The notes beneath the pieces were generated by a model. It made no database searches, had not been told where the DNA came from, and saw only the letters and a program-made list of their open reading frames with translations. A program made the position numbers and the translations under genes. Below, piece after piece: positions 56,335 through 64,000 of a stretch of DNA of 64,000 bases (positions within the stretch are counted from its first letter, which is position 1; each line of letters opens with the position of its first letter). Source of the stretch: an uncultured Candidatus Saccharibacteria bacterium. GTDB taxonomy: Bacteria > Patescibacteriota > UBA1384 > DTJR01. Where the stretch lies: NCBI GenBank assembly GCA_964487045.1, contig CAZAOT010000001.1:151863-215862 (forward strand). The letters run 5' to 3'.

Positions 56335-57398
56335 TGGAGACGATAAAAGTTTTAAAAGATATATTCTCTAAATCGATCGAATCTCGAGCGAGCGACCTTC
56401 ACTTGATCGCCGGCGAAATGCCGATAATTAGGGTGGATGGCAAGTTAATGTCACTCTCAAACGAGAAGCCACTAGATCCGGCCGCCTGTGAAAAATTAAT
56501 TCTTCTTACTCTGAAACCAGAGCAAGTCTCTTTACTGAAGGAGAAGAAAGAGATAGATTTTTCATTTAACTTCGATGGTTCTAGAGTCAGGGCTAATATT
56601 TATTTTGAAAAAGGACGAGTAGCAGGATCATTTAGGTTTATCCCCGCTAAAGTAAAAACATTCGACCAACTTGGCTTGCCACCGATTATTCAGTCATTTG
56701 CTAATCTTGAAAAAGGACTTCTGATTATTACTGGACCAACCGGACAGGGCAAATCGACTACAATTGCCTCACTTATTGAATATATTAACCATAATTTTGC
56801 GAGGCACATTGTAACGATTGAGGATCCTGTGGAGTATTTGTTTAAAAATGGTAAGAGCATTGTCTCTCAAAGAGAATTCGGCACTGACACAATGAGTTTT
56901 GATCGCGCGCTAAAGAGCGCGCTCAGAGAGGACGCCGATGTAGTTTTTGTCGGTGAGATGCGAGACTTAGCTACTTTTGATGCGGTTTTAACCTTAGCGG
57001 AGGCAGGCCATCTTGTGTTTACTACTTTGCATACCAATGAAGCTTCTCAAACTCCTTCAAGAATTGTTGACGCCTTTCCTAAAAATCAGCAGGTCCAGGT
57101 TCGCCAGCAGCTTGCGAATGTTCTATCGGGTATTGTTTCACAAAGGTTGATTCAACGAGCCAGTGGAGAGGGAAGGATGCCAGCATGTGAAATTATGGTA
57201 GCCAATCCAGCGATCAGAAATCTTATCAGAGAGGCTAAGGATCACCAGATACAATCAGTTATCCAAACTAGTGCGAATGAGGGTATGATTTCACTCGACC
57301 AAGTTTTGGCTGACTATGTTGCCAGGGGCGAAATTACATTAGAAGAGGCTCTTCTTTGGGCAAGTGATCCAAGGCAATTCAAACAAATGGTCTTTTAG
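56334..57398 (+). CDS. pilT: twitching motility ATPase PilT (GTG start)
   Basis: ITGPTGQGKSTT, VEDPVEY, GHLVFTTLHTN. Confidence 0.9.
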   Translation: METIKVLKDIFSKSIESRASDLHLIAGEMPIIRVDGKLMSLSNEKPLDPAACEKLILLTLKPEQVSLLKEKKEIDFSFNFDGSRVRANIYFEKGRVAGSFRFIPAKVKTFDQLGLPPIIQSFANLEKGLLIITGPTGQGKSTTIASLIEYINHNFARHIVTIEDPVEYLFKNGKSIVSQREFGTDTMSFDRALKSALREDADVVFVGEMRDLATFDAVLTLAEAGHLVFTTLHTNEASQTPSRIVDAFPKNQQVQVRQQLANVLSGIVSQRLIQRASGEGRMPACEIMVANPAIRNLIREAKDHQIQSVIQTSANEGMISLDQVLADYVARGEITLEEALLWASDPRQFKQMVF

Positions 57399-57400
57399 TA

Positions 57401-58459
57401 ATGATTGCATCAATTTTTAATTTTCGCCGAGTTTCTTCAAGGGACAAAACTTTGTTTACGAGATCCTTGTCGGCTACGATTGAAGCCGGGTTGCCAATTT
57501 TGAAAGCGGTAACGATTGTCACCCAGGAAACAACCAACAATTATTTAAAAGAAATCGGCAAATCTGTTCAGGAAAGTTTGGAGCGTGGCCAGAAATTATC
57601 TACAGCCCTTTCTTCTTTCCCTGACGTTTTTGACGAAGTGTATATTTCATCTATATCTGCTGCTGAAGCGAGTGGAAGGATGGAGGAGATTCTTAAAGAT
57701 CTGGCTGAGCGCCAGGAGAACGAGTTTAGGATCGAGACCGCTTTAAAAGGTGCAGTAGCCTACCCACTGTTTGTGCTTGGCTCAATGGTTATTGTTACAC
57801 TTTTTTTAATGGCGACCGTAATTCCAAAAGTGAAAGAAATAATTGTGCAGTCTAATCTTCAGGTTCCAGCCTCAACTGGTTTACTACTTAATTCTTCGGT
57901 TTTTATCGCAAAATATTGGTATATAATTTTGCTTGCCATTCTGGGCCTAGTTTTCTGGTTTAGGATGTTTGCCAAAACTGATATTGGCAAAATGTTTGTT
58001 AGTCGCCTGACGTTATCACTTCCAATTATAAGGACAATGTATATCAATGTTTATATGGCGCGTTTTGCCAAAACATCATTAACTCTTTCAACCGCAGGTG
58101 TACCACTGCTTAGAAGTATCAACCTAATTAGCAAGGTCATTAATAACCAAGTCATAGCTAGGGTTTTACAAAAGGCTCATCAAGATGTCGAACGAGGACT
58201 ACCGATGTCCGAGCCTTTATCTAAAAGTTATGCATTTCCCCAGCTAGTCTCTCAGATGATTGCCGTTGGCGAGCAGACAGGTAAGCTTGATGAGGTTTAT
58301 TTGTCGCTTTCCGAACTTTACGAATCAGAATCTGAACGCAATATCCAAATGATCACGTCACTTTTAGAGCCTATGTTGCTTCTTCTTATAGGGCTGGGGG
58401 TTGCCTTAATTGTATTTTCGATCGTTATTCCAATTTATCAAGCTACAAACTTAATCTAA
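57401..58459 (+). CDS. pilC: type IV pilus inner-membrane platform protein PilC/GspF
   Basis: Two GspF repeats, each with 3 TM helices. The position is conserved. Confidence 0.85.
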   Translation: MIASIFNFRRVSSRDKTLFTRSLSATIEAGLPILKAVTIVTQETTNNYLKEIGKSVQESLERGQKLSTALSSFPDVFDEVYISSISAAEASGRMEEILKDLAERQENEFRIETALKGAVAYPLFVLGSMVIVTLFLMATVIPKVKEIIVQSNLQVPASTGLLLNSSVFIAKYWYIILLAILGLVFWFRMFAKTDIGKMFVSRLTLSLPIIRTMYINVYMARFAKTSLTLSTAGVPLLRSINLISKVINNQVIARVLQKAHQDVERGLPMSEPLSKSYAFPQLVSQMIAVGEQTGKLDEVYLSLSELYESESERNIQMITSLLEPMLLLLIGLGVALIVFSIVIPIYQATNLI

Positions 58460-58468
58460 TAATAAAAT

Positions 58469-58927
58469 ATGAGAGCATATACTAGACTTGAAATATCCTT
58501 GGGCTTTTTGATTCTGATTATCTTAGTTTATTATGGCGCCTCTTTAACCAAACATTCTTTTACGCAAGCAAAAGAGAGTTTTAATAAGACGCAAATTTTT
58601 AATTTAGAGCAAGGCTTGAGAACAATGATTAAAAATGAAAATGATCTAACAAAATCATTTCCGTCATGCTTCGAAAGTTGGTGCAATGTAGATGAGAGGA
58701 TGCGCGCTAAAGTCACTAATGATCAGACGGACCCACCTACTGAAATTTTGCCCAAATTACCAAAAACAAGTTCAAATAAATATTTTCGACTTAAGGTGAG
58801 TGGTCCGGCTGATTTCATAATTGAAGGACCATCGGCCTCGAGCGCTCAAAAATGTTGGATAATTGATTCTAACGCCCAGAAGAGCAACACGTCTAAAGAT
58901 CTGCCAACCGAATGTTCAAGCTTCTAA
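58469..58927 (+). CDS. pilin-like protein with a degenerate prepilin leader (..RA|YTRLE..)
   Basis: Glu at +5 of the putative cleavage site, followed by a hydrophobic helix. Confidence 0.35.
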   Translation: MRAYTRLEISLGFLILIILVYYGASLTKHSFTQAKESFNKTQIFNLEQGLRTMIKNENDLTKSFPSCFESWCNVDERMRAKVTNDQTDPPTEILPKLPKTSSNKYFRLKVSGPADFIIEGPSASSAQKCWIIDSNAQKSNTSKDLPTECSSF

Positions 58928-59466
58928 AAATCAAAAAAATAAATCTACTCTATTTCATCTTAGCTGTGATATTTGGTGCAGTTTGTTCTTTTTATAGATT
59001 TGGTCTAAGTCTAGCTGGAGTAATGCTCTTTTTAAGCTTGGGCTTATTTGCGTATGTGTCAGTTCTTGACCTAAGGGATATGGAAATTGATTGGAGAATT
59101 TTAATAATCGGCTTAATTAGCGGACTAATTATCTTGTTATTTACGAGCACTATAACCATTTATTCAATAGCTGGACCGATTCTCTGCGCGTTGATTCCAT
59201 TTATACTAGTTTCAGCTAGTCGTGAAAAATGGATGGGCTGGGGCGATGTTCTGATTGCTCTGTGGGCAGGGGCTTTGGTGGGGTATCCAGCCTCACTAAT
59301 CGCAATATTTTTTGCGTTCTTGCTCGGCTCGCTTTCTGGTATAATTTTACTTAAGTCCGAGCGAAGTCAGTCATCGGCTTTTGCATTTGGTCCATATCTT
59401 TTATTGGGATGTTTATACTCAATTATTCTCTCGGATAGGATTATTTTATTGCTAGGAGGGTTGTGA
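58912..59466 (+). CDS. pilD: prepilin peptidase (A24 family), peptidase domain only
   Basis: About 6 TM helices with the two conserved Asp contexts (VLDLRDMEID... and GWGDVLIAL). It lacks the N-terminal Zn/methyltransferase region. Confidence 0.7.
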   Translation: MFKLLKIKKINLLYFILAVIFGAVCSFYRFGLSLAGVMLFLSLGLFAYVSVLDLRDMEIDWRILIIGLISGLIILLFTSTITIYSIAGPILCALIPFILVSASREKWMGWGDVLIALWAGALVGYPASLIAIFFAFLLGSLSGIILLKSERSQSSAFAFGPYLLLGCLYSIILSDRIILLLGGL

Positions 59467-59963
59467 GAAAGTTAAAAGCTTTTACAAAAGTTGATTTAAT
59501 CGTAGTAGTGGGGTTAATTCTTGTTCTTTTTGGGGCATCACTAACCATGATCGGCAAGACGTTAAATAAGTCGAAGGATGAGGAAACGTTAAAGTCGGCG
59601 GCAACTTTTTATTCATATATTCAGTCATATCATAATAGCAATTTCAATCTTTACCCAGTTTATTCCGAAGAAGATTTGTCAGCTGTTTCATACAGGCATG
59701 TTACTCTTAGCAGAATGGGGGCAGATGCGAATTTCTTGAAGATAAATCTCGGTCCAAAATATACTTCTTTTATCGAGAAATTAAATAATCCTGAGAATTT
59801 AGTATATGTTTACAAGACTGATGGCAGTGAGGCTGCAGTTGTAATTAGAAAACTTACTAGGCTTACCGATAGATGTAATGTCAGCTCTCCCGATGCTCCT
59901 GAAATTATTAAAGAATATCTAATTATCGATCCTACCGCTTGTTATTATATCTCTAAGAGCTAG
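59463..59963 (+). CDS. pilin-like protein (leader ..KA|FTKVD.., Asp at +5)
   Basis: N-terminal hydrophobic helix after a prepilin-like motif. Confidence 0.4.
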   Translation: MRKLKAFTKVDLIVVVGLILVLFGASLTMIGKTLNKSKDEETLKSAATFYSYIQSYHNSNFNLYPVYSEEDLSAVSYRHVTLSRMGADANFLKINLGPKYTSFIEKLNNPENLVYVYKTDGSEAAVVIRKLTRLTDRCNVSSPDAPEIIKEYLIIDPTACYYISKS

Positions 59964-59964
59964 C

Positions 59965-60474
59965 ATGAAATTAAAATCATTCGGACTAGTGGAAGCGGTT
60001 ATCGCAACAGCAATATTGCTCTTATTTGTAACTGGAATATTTTATCTCTCTGCCAAGAGTACGCTTAGGCTTGGGCATTATGAGAGAACCAATGTTGCAA
60101 GCGTTTTTGCAGAAGATTTTTTTTCCAGAATCGATGTGTTAAAGAGTTCTGAAAGAATGACTTTCAAAAAACAGGACTCTTCCGGACAAATCTCGATTGA
60201 GTGTTTTGATAGTTCAAAAGCAAATGATTGCCTTAGCCAGATAGCTTTAGGGTTTCCACTAGATTTATATCCCTTTAGAGATTTAGTTGAACCATCGAAA
60301 GATGAGTTTCTGCGTCTTAAAAATATCGATCCTAAGTCGGGCGGTGTGGATTATAAAATGAAAAGTGTAGTTGCTAAGTCATCTAAAAATCAGTGGAGAA
60401 TAGATTTAGAAATTATCTGGCAACATAATGGCAAAAAAGAAAATTTAACTTTATCTAAAATAATCAATGAATAG
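59965..60474 (+). CDS. pilin-like protein (..KS|FGLVE..)
   Basis: Glu at +5, with a hydrophobic helix. Confidence 0.4.
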   Translation: MKLKSFGLVEAVIATAILLLFVTGIFYLSAKSTLRLGHYERTNVASVFAEDFFSRIDVLKSSERMTFKKQDSSGQISIECFDSSKANDCLSQIALGFPLDLYPFRDLVEPSKDEFLRLKNIDPKSGGVDYKMKSVVAKSSKNQWRIDLEIIWQHNGKKENLTLSKIINE

Positions 60475-61069
60475 GCAATTTTCATTTTGGGAAGTGATGA
60501 TTTCAGGAGTAATTATTTTAGTTCTCGCCTTCGTCCTTATAGGATCGCTTGCTATCTTGTATCAATCCAACCTAAAACTTAGCTTGGCAGAGCAAAAAGT
60601 AAGCTGTCAGAGTATCTTGGAGAGAACGATCTCGAGCGAGTTCGAGAAAGCTTCCAAAGTATATGGAATACAACTCGAGCAGTCGCAGTTATATTTAAAA
60701 AAAATAAATTCTGATCAAAAAGATTTTTCTGGCGCTGCATTTTTAAGCGGAAATGAGCTTAGAATTTTTGTAAAACAACCAGACAATGGAAAAAACTCGT
60801 ATTTTTATTCGATCTATAAGCTAGATAGTAATTTAGAATTTAGTGATACAAAATTAGTCAAAGATATTGGTGATCCAGTAAGCACTGAAGATCTTTTTGC
60901 AGGAAAATGCCACGCAAATCAATCCGCATCACCATTTTATTTAAGAACAATAAAACAATTCAAGAGCAATAAGCAAGCCATTATTCTGCTGATGCAGGAC
61001 GAAATATTTAATCAAAAAAATGATATTAGCTCAAAACTTTATATGAGAAGAATCAATGAATTCAACTAA
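60467..61069 (+). CDS. pilin-like protein (..RQ|FSFWE..)
   Basis: Glu at +5, with a hydrophobic helix. Confidence 0.4.
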   Translation: MNRQFSFWEVMISGVIILVLAFVLIGSLAILYQSNLKLSLAEQKVSCQSILERTISSEFEKASKVYGIQLEQSQLYLKKINSDQKDFSGAAFLSGNELRIFVKQPDNGKNSYFYSIYKLDSNLEFSDTKLVKDIGDPVSTEDLFAGKCHANQSASPFYLRTIKQFKSNKQAIILLMQDEIFNQKNDISSKLYMRRINEFN

Positions 61070-61943
61070 ATTAAAAGCTTCTGCTGTTTTAGTATCCTTT
61101 TTTATTGGAGCTGTCCTAAGCATAATTTTAGTGACAGCGCTTGTTACGATCACCAAATCAACTACATCACTTGGTGCAAAGGAGAACTACAGGATTGCCC
61201 GAGTTGAGGCGCAAAATGGAATTGAGGAAGGCTTGGCAAAGTACAAGGAAAATAATGATGTGGTAAATATTACTGAGACGATAAGGGGGTTTAGTAACCA
61301 AAACAATCGAAAAGCATATCATGATCTTACTATTAAAAGCTCGGGAATTTCCGTTGGGTCTAATTTAGACTCTACCAATTGGTACTCGGACTCTGATTTA
61401 GCGCGCGAGCAAGATGCTTTTGAGCTAGATAGTGACAGAGAATTTAATATCAATATATCACCTTGGTTTAGTCTTGATATCACAAAGCGTCCTCAGGAAT
61501 TGATTATTTTTTCATCTAATTCATTTGAAGAGAAAAATGGCAAGATTAGCAGAGAATCTATTGCAGGAAAAGATATTAGTTTCAAATATGAATTAGACAA
61601 AGACGGAAAAGAAATAAGCTCAGGGAGTGCAAAAACAGACTCTAATCATCAGCTTAAAGTAGATTCTATCGGACAATGCAATAAAGGCTCTGAATGCATT
61701 TTAAAACTTAGCTTCGATTTGCCTCAAGGAGTTCATTCATATTTCAAGATTAAAGCTAGCTCAGCTGAAGGTTTGATGGCTAGCTCCAATGACGAACCGG
61801 GTACTACTTTAATCAAATCAATTGGTTATTATTCTGGGGCAAAGGCGACTTTGGTCTATAAGATTTCGCATCTTGGCAAAAATTTGGGATTATCGGAAGA
61901 AGGTGTATACTGCGAAAGTAAATGTAAAGTAACGGGTGACTAA
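61056..61943 (+). CDS. PilX-like/minor pilin-like membrane-anchored protein
   Basis: N-terminal TM plus RIARVEAQNGIEEG (PilX_N-like). Confidence 0.35.
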   Translation: MNSTKLKASAVLVSFFIGAVLSIILVTALVTITKSTTSLGAKENYRIARVEAQNGIEEGLAKYKENNDVVNITETIRGFSNQNNRKAYHDLTIKSSGISVGSNLDSTNWYSDSDLAREQDAFELDSDREFNINISPWFSLDITKRPQELIIFSSNSFEEKNGKISRESIAGKDISFKYELDKDGKEISSGSAKTDSNHQLKVDSIGQCNKGSECILKLSFDLPQGVHSYFKIKASSAEGLMASSNDEPGTTLIKSIGYYSGAKATLVYKISHLGKNLGLSEEGVYCESKCKVTGD

Positions 61944-61947
61944 GTAG

Positions 61948-62364
61948 ATGAGATTAAAGATTTTTACTGATGGCGGATCCAGGGGAAATCCAGGGGAGGC
62001 GGCAATTGGAGCGGTTATTTTAAATGATGAAAATGGCGTTCGTTTGCAGGAAATTTCTCAGTGCATAGGAGTTGCAACTAATAATATTGCTGAATATCGG
62101 GCGGTACTTGAGGCGTTAGAGTGGGTAAGGGATAATCAGAAAGCTGATGAAATTGAGTTTTTGGTTGATTCTGAATTGATAGGCAAGCAACTAAGTGGTC
62201 AGTATAAGGTTAAAGATCAAAATTTAAAAATTATATATTTAAAAATTAAACAGATCATATTTGAGCTTGATATCAAAGCGTCGTACACAATTGTAAGAAG
62301 AGAGAAAAATGCTGAGGCAGACGCCTTAGTTAATAAAGCTTTGGATGAGAGACTAAATAAGTAA
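61948..62364 (+). CDS. rnhA: ribonuclease HI
   Basis: IFTDGGSRGNPG, EYRAVLEALE, D..E..D catalytic residues. Confidence 0.9.
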   Translation: MRLKIFTDGGSRGNPGEAAIGAVILNDENGVRLQEISQCIGVATNNIAEYRAVLEALEWVRDNQKADEIEFLVDSELIGKQLSGQYKVKDQNLKIIYLKIKQIIFELDIKASYTIVRREKNAEADALVNKALDERLNK

Positions 62365-62369
62365 CAAGA

Positions 62370-62398
62370 TTGACCGAACTTGTTTTTTATGATATAAA
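62370..62398 (+). promoter_or_regulatory. sigma70-like promoter TTGACC-17-TATAAA for tRNA-fMet
   Basis: -10 ends 14 nt before the tRNA. Confidence 0.4.
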
Positions 62399-62412
62399 AG
62401 TAATTAAAGTAA

Positions 62413-62489
<77 letters not shown>

Positions 62490-62777
62490 GATTTATTAAT
62501 TGGCGCCATGGGCGCCATTTAATAAAGACTTGGGAGCGTGAGGATTCGAAAGCCGGAGCGCGACGGCGCCGCGTTTCGGGGGTGGAACCCGAAACTATAC
62601 CAAAAGAATAATCACGGGGTCGAGCGCGATTTCAGCATTTTCGAGGGTGGAACTCGAAAATCACAATAATCGAATGAATATCATCGACGCGTGACCGAAT
62701 CCGGTTCGTTTACAGCGGGTCGAGGATTCGAAATAGTAAATAGTTTTTTGCTCCACTCAAAAAACGCCCCGCTACCA
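62490..62777 (+). repeat. GC-rich ~275-nt insert after tRNA-fMet ending in a direct repeat of the tRNA 3' end (CCCCGCTACCA at 62767-62777)
   Basis: Begins with the palindromic GGCGCCATGGGCGCC. Two hairpins share the loop GGTGGAAC (TTTCGGG..CCCGAAA and TTTTCGAG..CTCGAAAA). GGATTCGAAAG appears at both ends (62530, 62729). The head is about 85% identical to the 17648 insert. Confidence 0.5.
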
Positions 62778-63019
62778 AACTTCGTTTCTTCGAAACTACG
62801 CTTGGCAAGCCAGATTTTATGGAGAAAGAGGATTTGAGTCTAAAAGCGGCTTAGAGCGCTTTTTTTGTTAGGAGCGGGGTTTACCCCGTAAAGTATTTTA
62901 AGCATCAAGGGGGTTGTACGGTCTAATAAATCATGTTTGTTGGTAAGGCAAGTTTTATATTAAAATATACTAACGGGGTTTACTTTATAGGTTCAAAATA
63001 GTAGAATAATTTGGAAAAA

Positions 63020-63060
63020 GGTAGTGTAGCTCAGTTGGTTAGAGCGAAGGAATCACCCCG
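63020..63060 (+). pseudogene. tRNA 5'-half fragment (duplicate of the first ~36 nt of the downstream CAU tRNA)
   Basis: GGTAGTGTAGCTCAGTTGGTTAGAGCGAAGGAATCA matches the downstream GGTAGCATAGCTCAGTGGTAGAGCGAAGGAATCA. There is no T-arm or acceptor 3' strand. Confidence 0.45.
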
Positions 63061-63071
63061 TTAATTAATAT

Positions 63072-63146
63072 GGTAGCATAGCTCAGTGGTAGAGCGAAGG
63101 AATCATAACCCTTAGGTCGGAGGTTCGAGCCCTCCTGCTACCACCA
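63072..63146 (+). tRNA. tRNA with CAU anticodon (elongator Met or lysidine-Ile2), CCA encoded
   Basis: GGTAGCA/TGCTACC acceptor, loop ATCATAA, T-arm GGAGG-TTCGAGC-CCTCC. Flanked by the inverted repeats CCCCGTTAATTA (63057-68) and TAATTAACGGGG (63152-63). Confidence 0.85.
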
Positions 63147-63321
63147 TAATATAATTAACGGGGCAAGTAACCCTTGGTCACAGGCATGTCCCGTAGAAAC
63201 CGCTTCTGTAATAACACTATGTAATAGGTTTTACAGAAAGGAGTTCTACTGGGATTCGAATCATATGGAACTAGTTCGTTAATCGAACTATAAATTAATA
63301 TTTAAGGTTAATTCTTACATC

Positions 63322-64000
63322 ATGAATCAAAATACTCTCAGAACAGTCGGAACCATCGTAATTACGCTGCTACTTGCGACAGCCCTTTTTAACTATTTCG
63401 GGCCAGTCTTCAATAAAAAACCCGAGCAGGTAAGTTTGTCTGAAATCCAAACTCAGTACAAAGACAGCAATATTGAAAAAATTCAGGTAAATCAGAACAA
63501 AATTACTGCCAATTTAAAAGATGGCAGGAAAATGGAAACCTACAAGGAGACAGATGCAAACTTAGGTGATTACGGAATCACTCCTGACAAAGTTACAATC
63601 GACGTCAAAAACCCTGATTCAGGGAGTATTTGGCCGACCTTACTTGGTGTGGTTTTACCATTTTTACTTCTTGGAGCATTTATCTATTTTATGCTAAGAC
63701 AAGCTCAAGGAGCAAACGCCAAGGCGATGAGCTTCGGTAAATCAACTGCTAGACTAGCTAATCAAAAAATTAAAACTACTTTTGCTAATGTCGCTGGACT
63801 GAAAGAGGCGAAAGAGGAATTACAAGAAATAGTAGAATTCTTGAGAAACCCGCTCAAATTCAAATCACTAGGCGCTGAAATTCCTAAAGGATTTTTGCTG
63901 ATCGGTTCTCCTGGAGTCGGTAAAACTTTGCTTGCTAAGGCTGTCGCTGGTGAAGCTGGAGTTCCGTTCTTCTCAATCTCCGCTTCTGAATTTGTCGAGA
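63322..64000 (+). CDS. ftsH: ATP-dependent zinc metalloprotease FtsH, N-terminal part (runs off the window)
   Basis: N-terminal TM, periplasmic domain, second TM, then the AAA Walker [23 protein letters not shown]. Confidence 0.9.
   Translation, partial: MNQNTLRTVGTIVITLLLATALFNYFGPVFNKKPEQVSLSEIQTQYKDSNIEKIQVNQNKITANLKDGRKMETYKETDANLGDYGITPDKVTIDVKNPDSGSIWPTLLGVVLPFLLLGAFIYFMLRQAQGANAKAMSFGKSTARLANQKIKTTFANVAGLKEAKEELQEIVEFLRNPLKFKSLGAEIPKGFLLIGSPGVGKTLLAKAVAGEAGVPFFSISASEFVE

Noticed and set aside
63020-63146. Reading 63020-63146 as a single tRNA with an intron (by analogy with the 28.6-kb locus)
   Set aside because: The 5' strand GGTAGTG of the upstream fragment does not pair with the 3' acceptor strand TGCTACC, whereas the downstream GGTAGCA does. 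The upstream piece is therefore a duplicated 5' half, not exon 1.

Overview
Low-GC (~38-40%) bacterial fragment that looks like a small-genome, Patescibacteria/CPR-like organism. The inferred proteins are short and diverged; pyruvate kinase lacks its C-terminal domain, and there are many C-terminally anchored surface proteins and a type IV pilus cluster. Most genes lie on the + strand. Recognisable housekeeping genes are rpsO-pnp, family-4 udg, rnj, ftsK, a rodZ-like gene, recA-recX, pyk, dnaG-rpoD, gdhA, an NRAMP mntH, rnhA and partial ftsH. There is a ~9 kb type IV pilus locus (pilN/O-like, pilB, pilT, pilC, pilD, several degenerate pilins) and a SipW plus TasA/camelysin-like secreted-protein locus. 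Three very large Ser/Thr-rich surface proteins and five tRNA genes are present: Ser-GGA, an intron-split tRNA, Ile-UAU, fMet and a CAU tRNA. Things worth a second look: (i) a tight operon at 29.2-36.7 kb encoding a soluble TrwB/VirD4-like P-loop ATPase plus three tandem paralogous ~570-aa Cys-rich proteins. It sits next to a tRNA that is split by a group I intron, preceded by a small GIY-YIG gene and followed by tandem copies of the tRNA 3' end. (ii) All four complete tRNA loci inside the window are followed by GC-rich mini-inserts bounded by a direct repeat of the tRNA 3' end, and three of the four inserts share GGATTCGAA-type motifs. (iii) Several 50-57% GC foreign-looking islands of unknown-function ORFs at 3.2-6.2, 9.0-10.0, 16.1-17.5 and 36.7-37.6 kb; two of the ORFs carry a duplicated ~70-bp leader with a palindromic operator-like site. 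(iv) A cluster of three DnaA boxes with an adjacent AT-rich tract at 38.3-38.6 kb. (v) An HTH(XRE)-Hsp20 fusion gene with a palindrome over its own promoter. (vi) An in-frame TAA separating a 960-aa surface protein from its probable C-terminal membrane anchor. No CRISPR array and no rRNA were seen.
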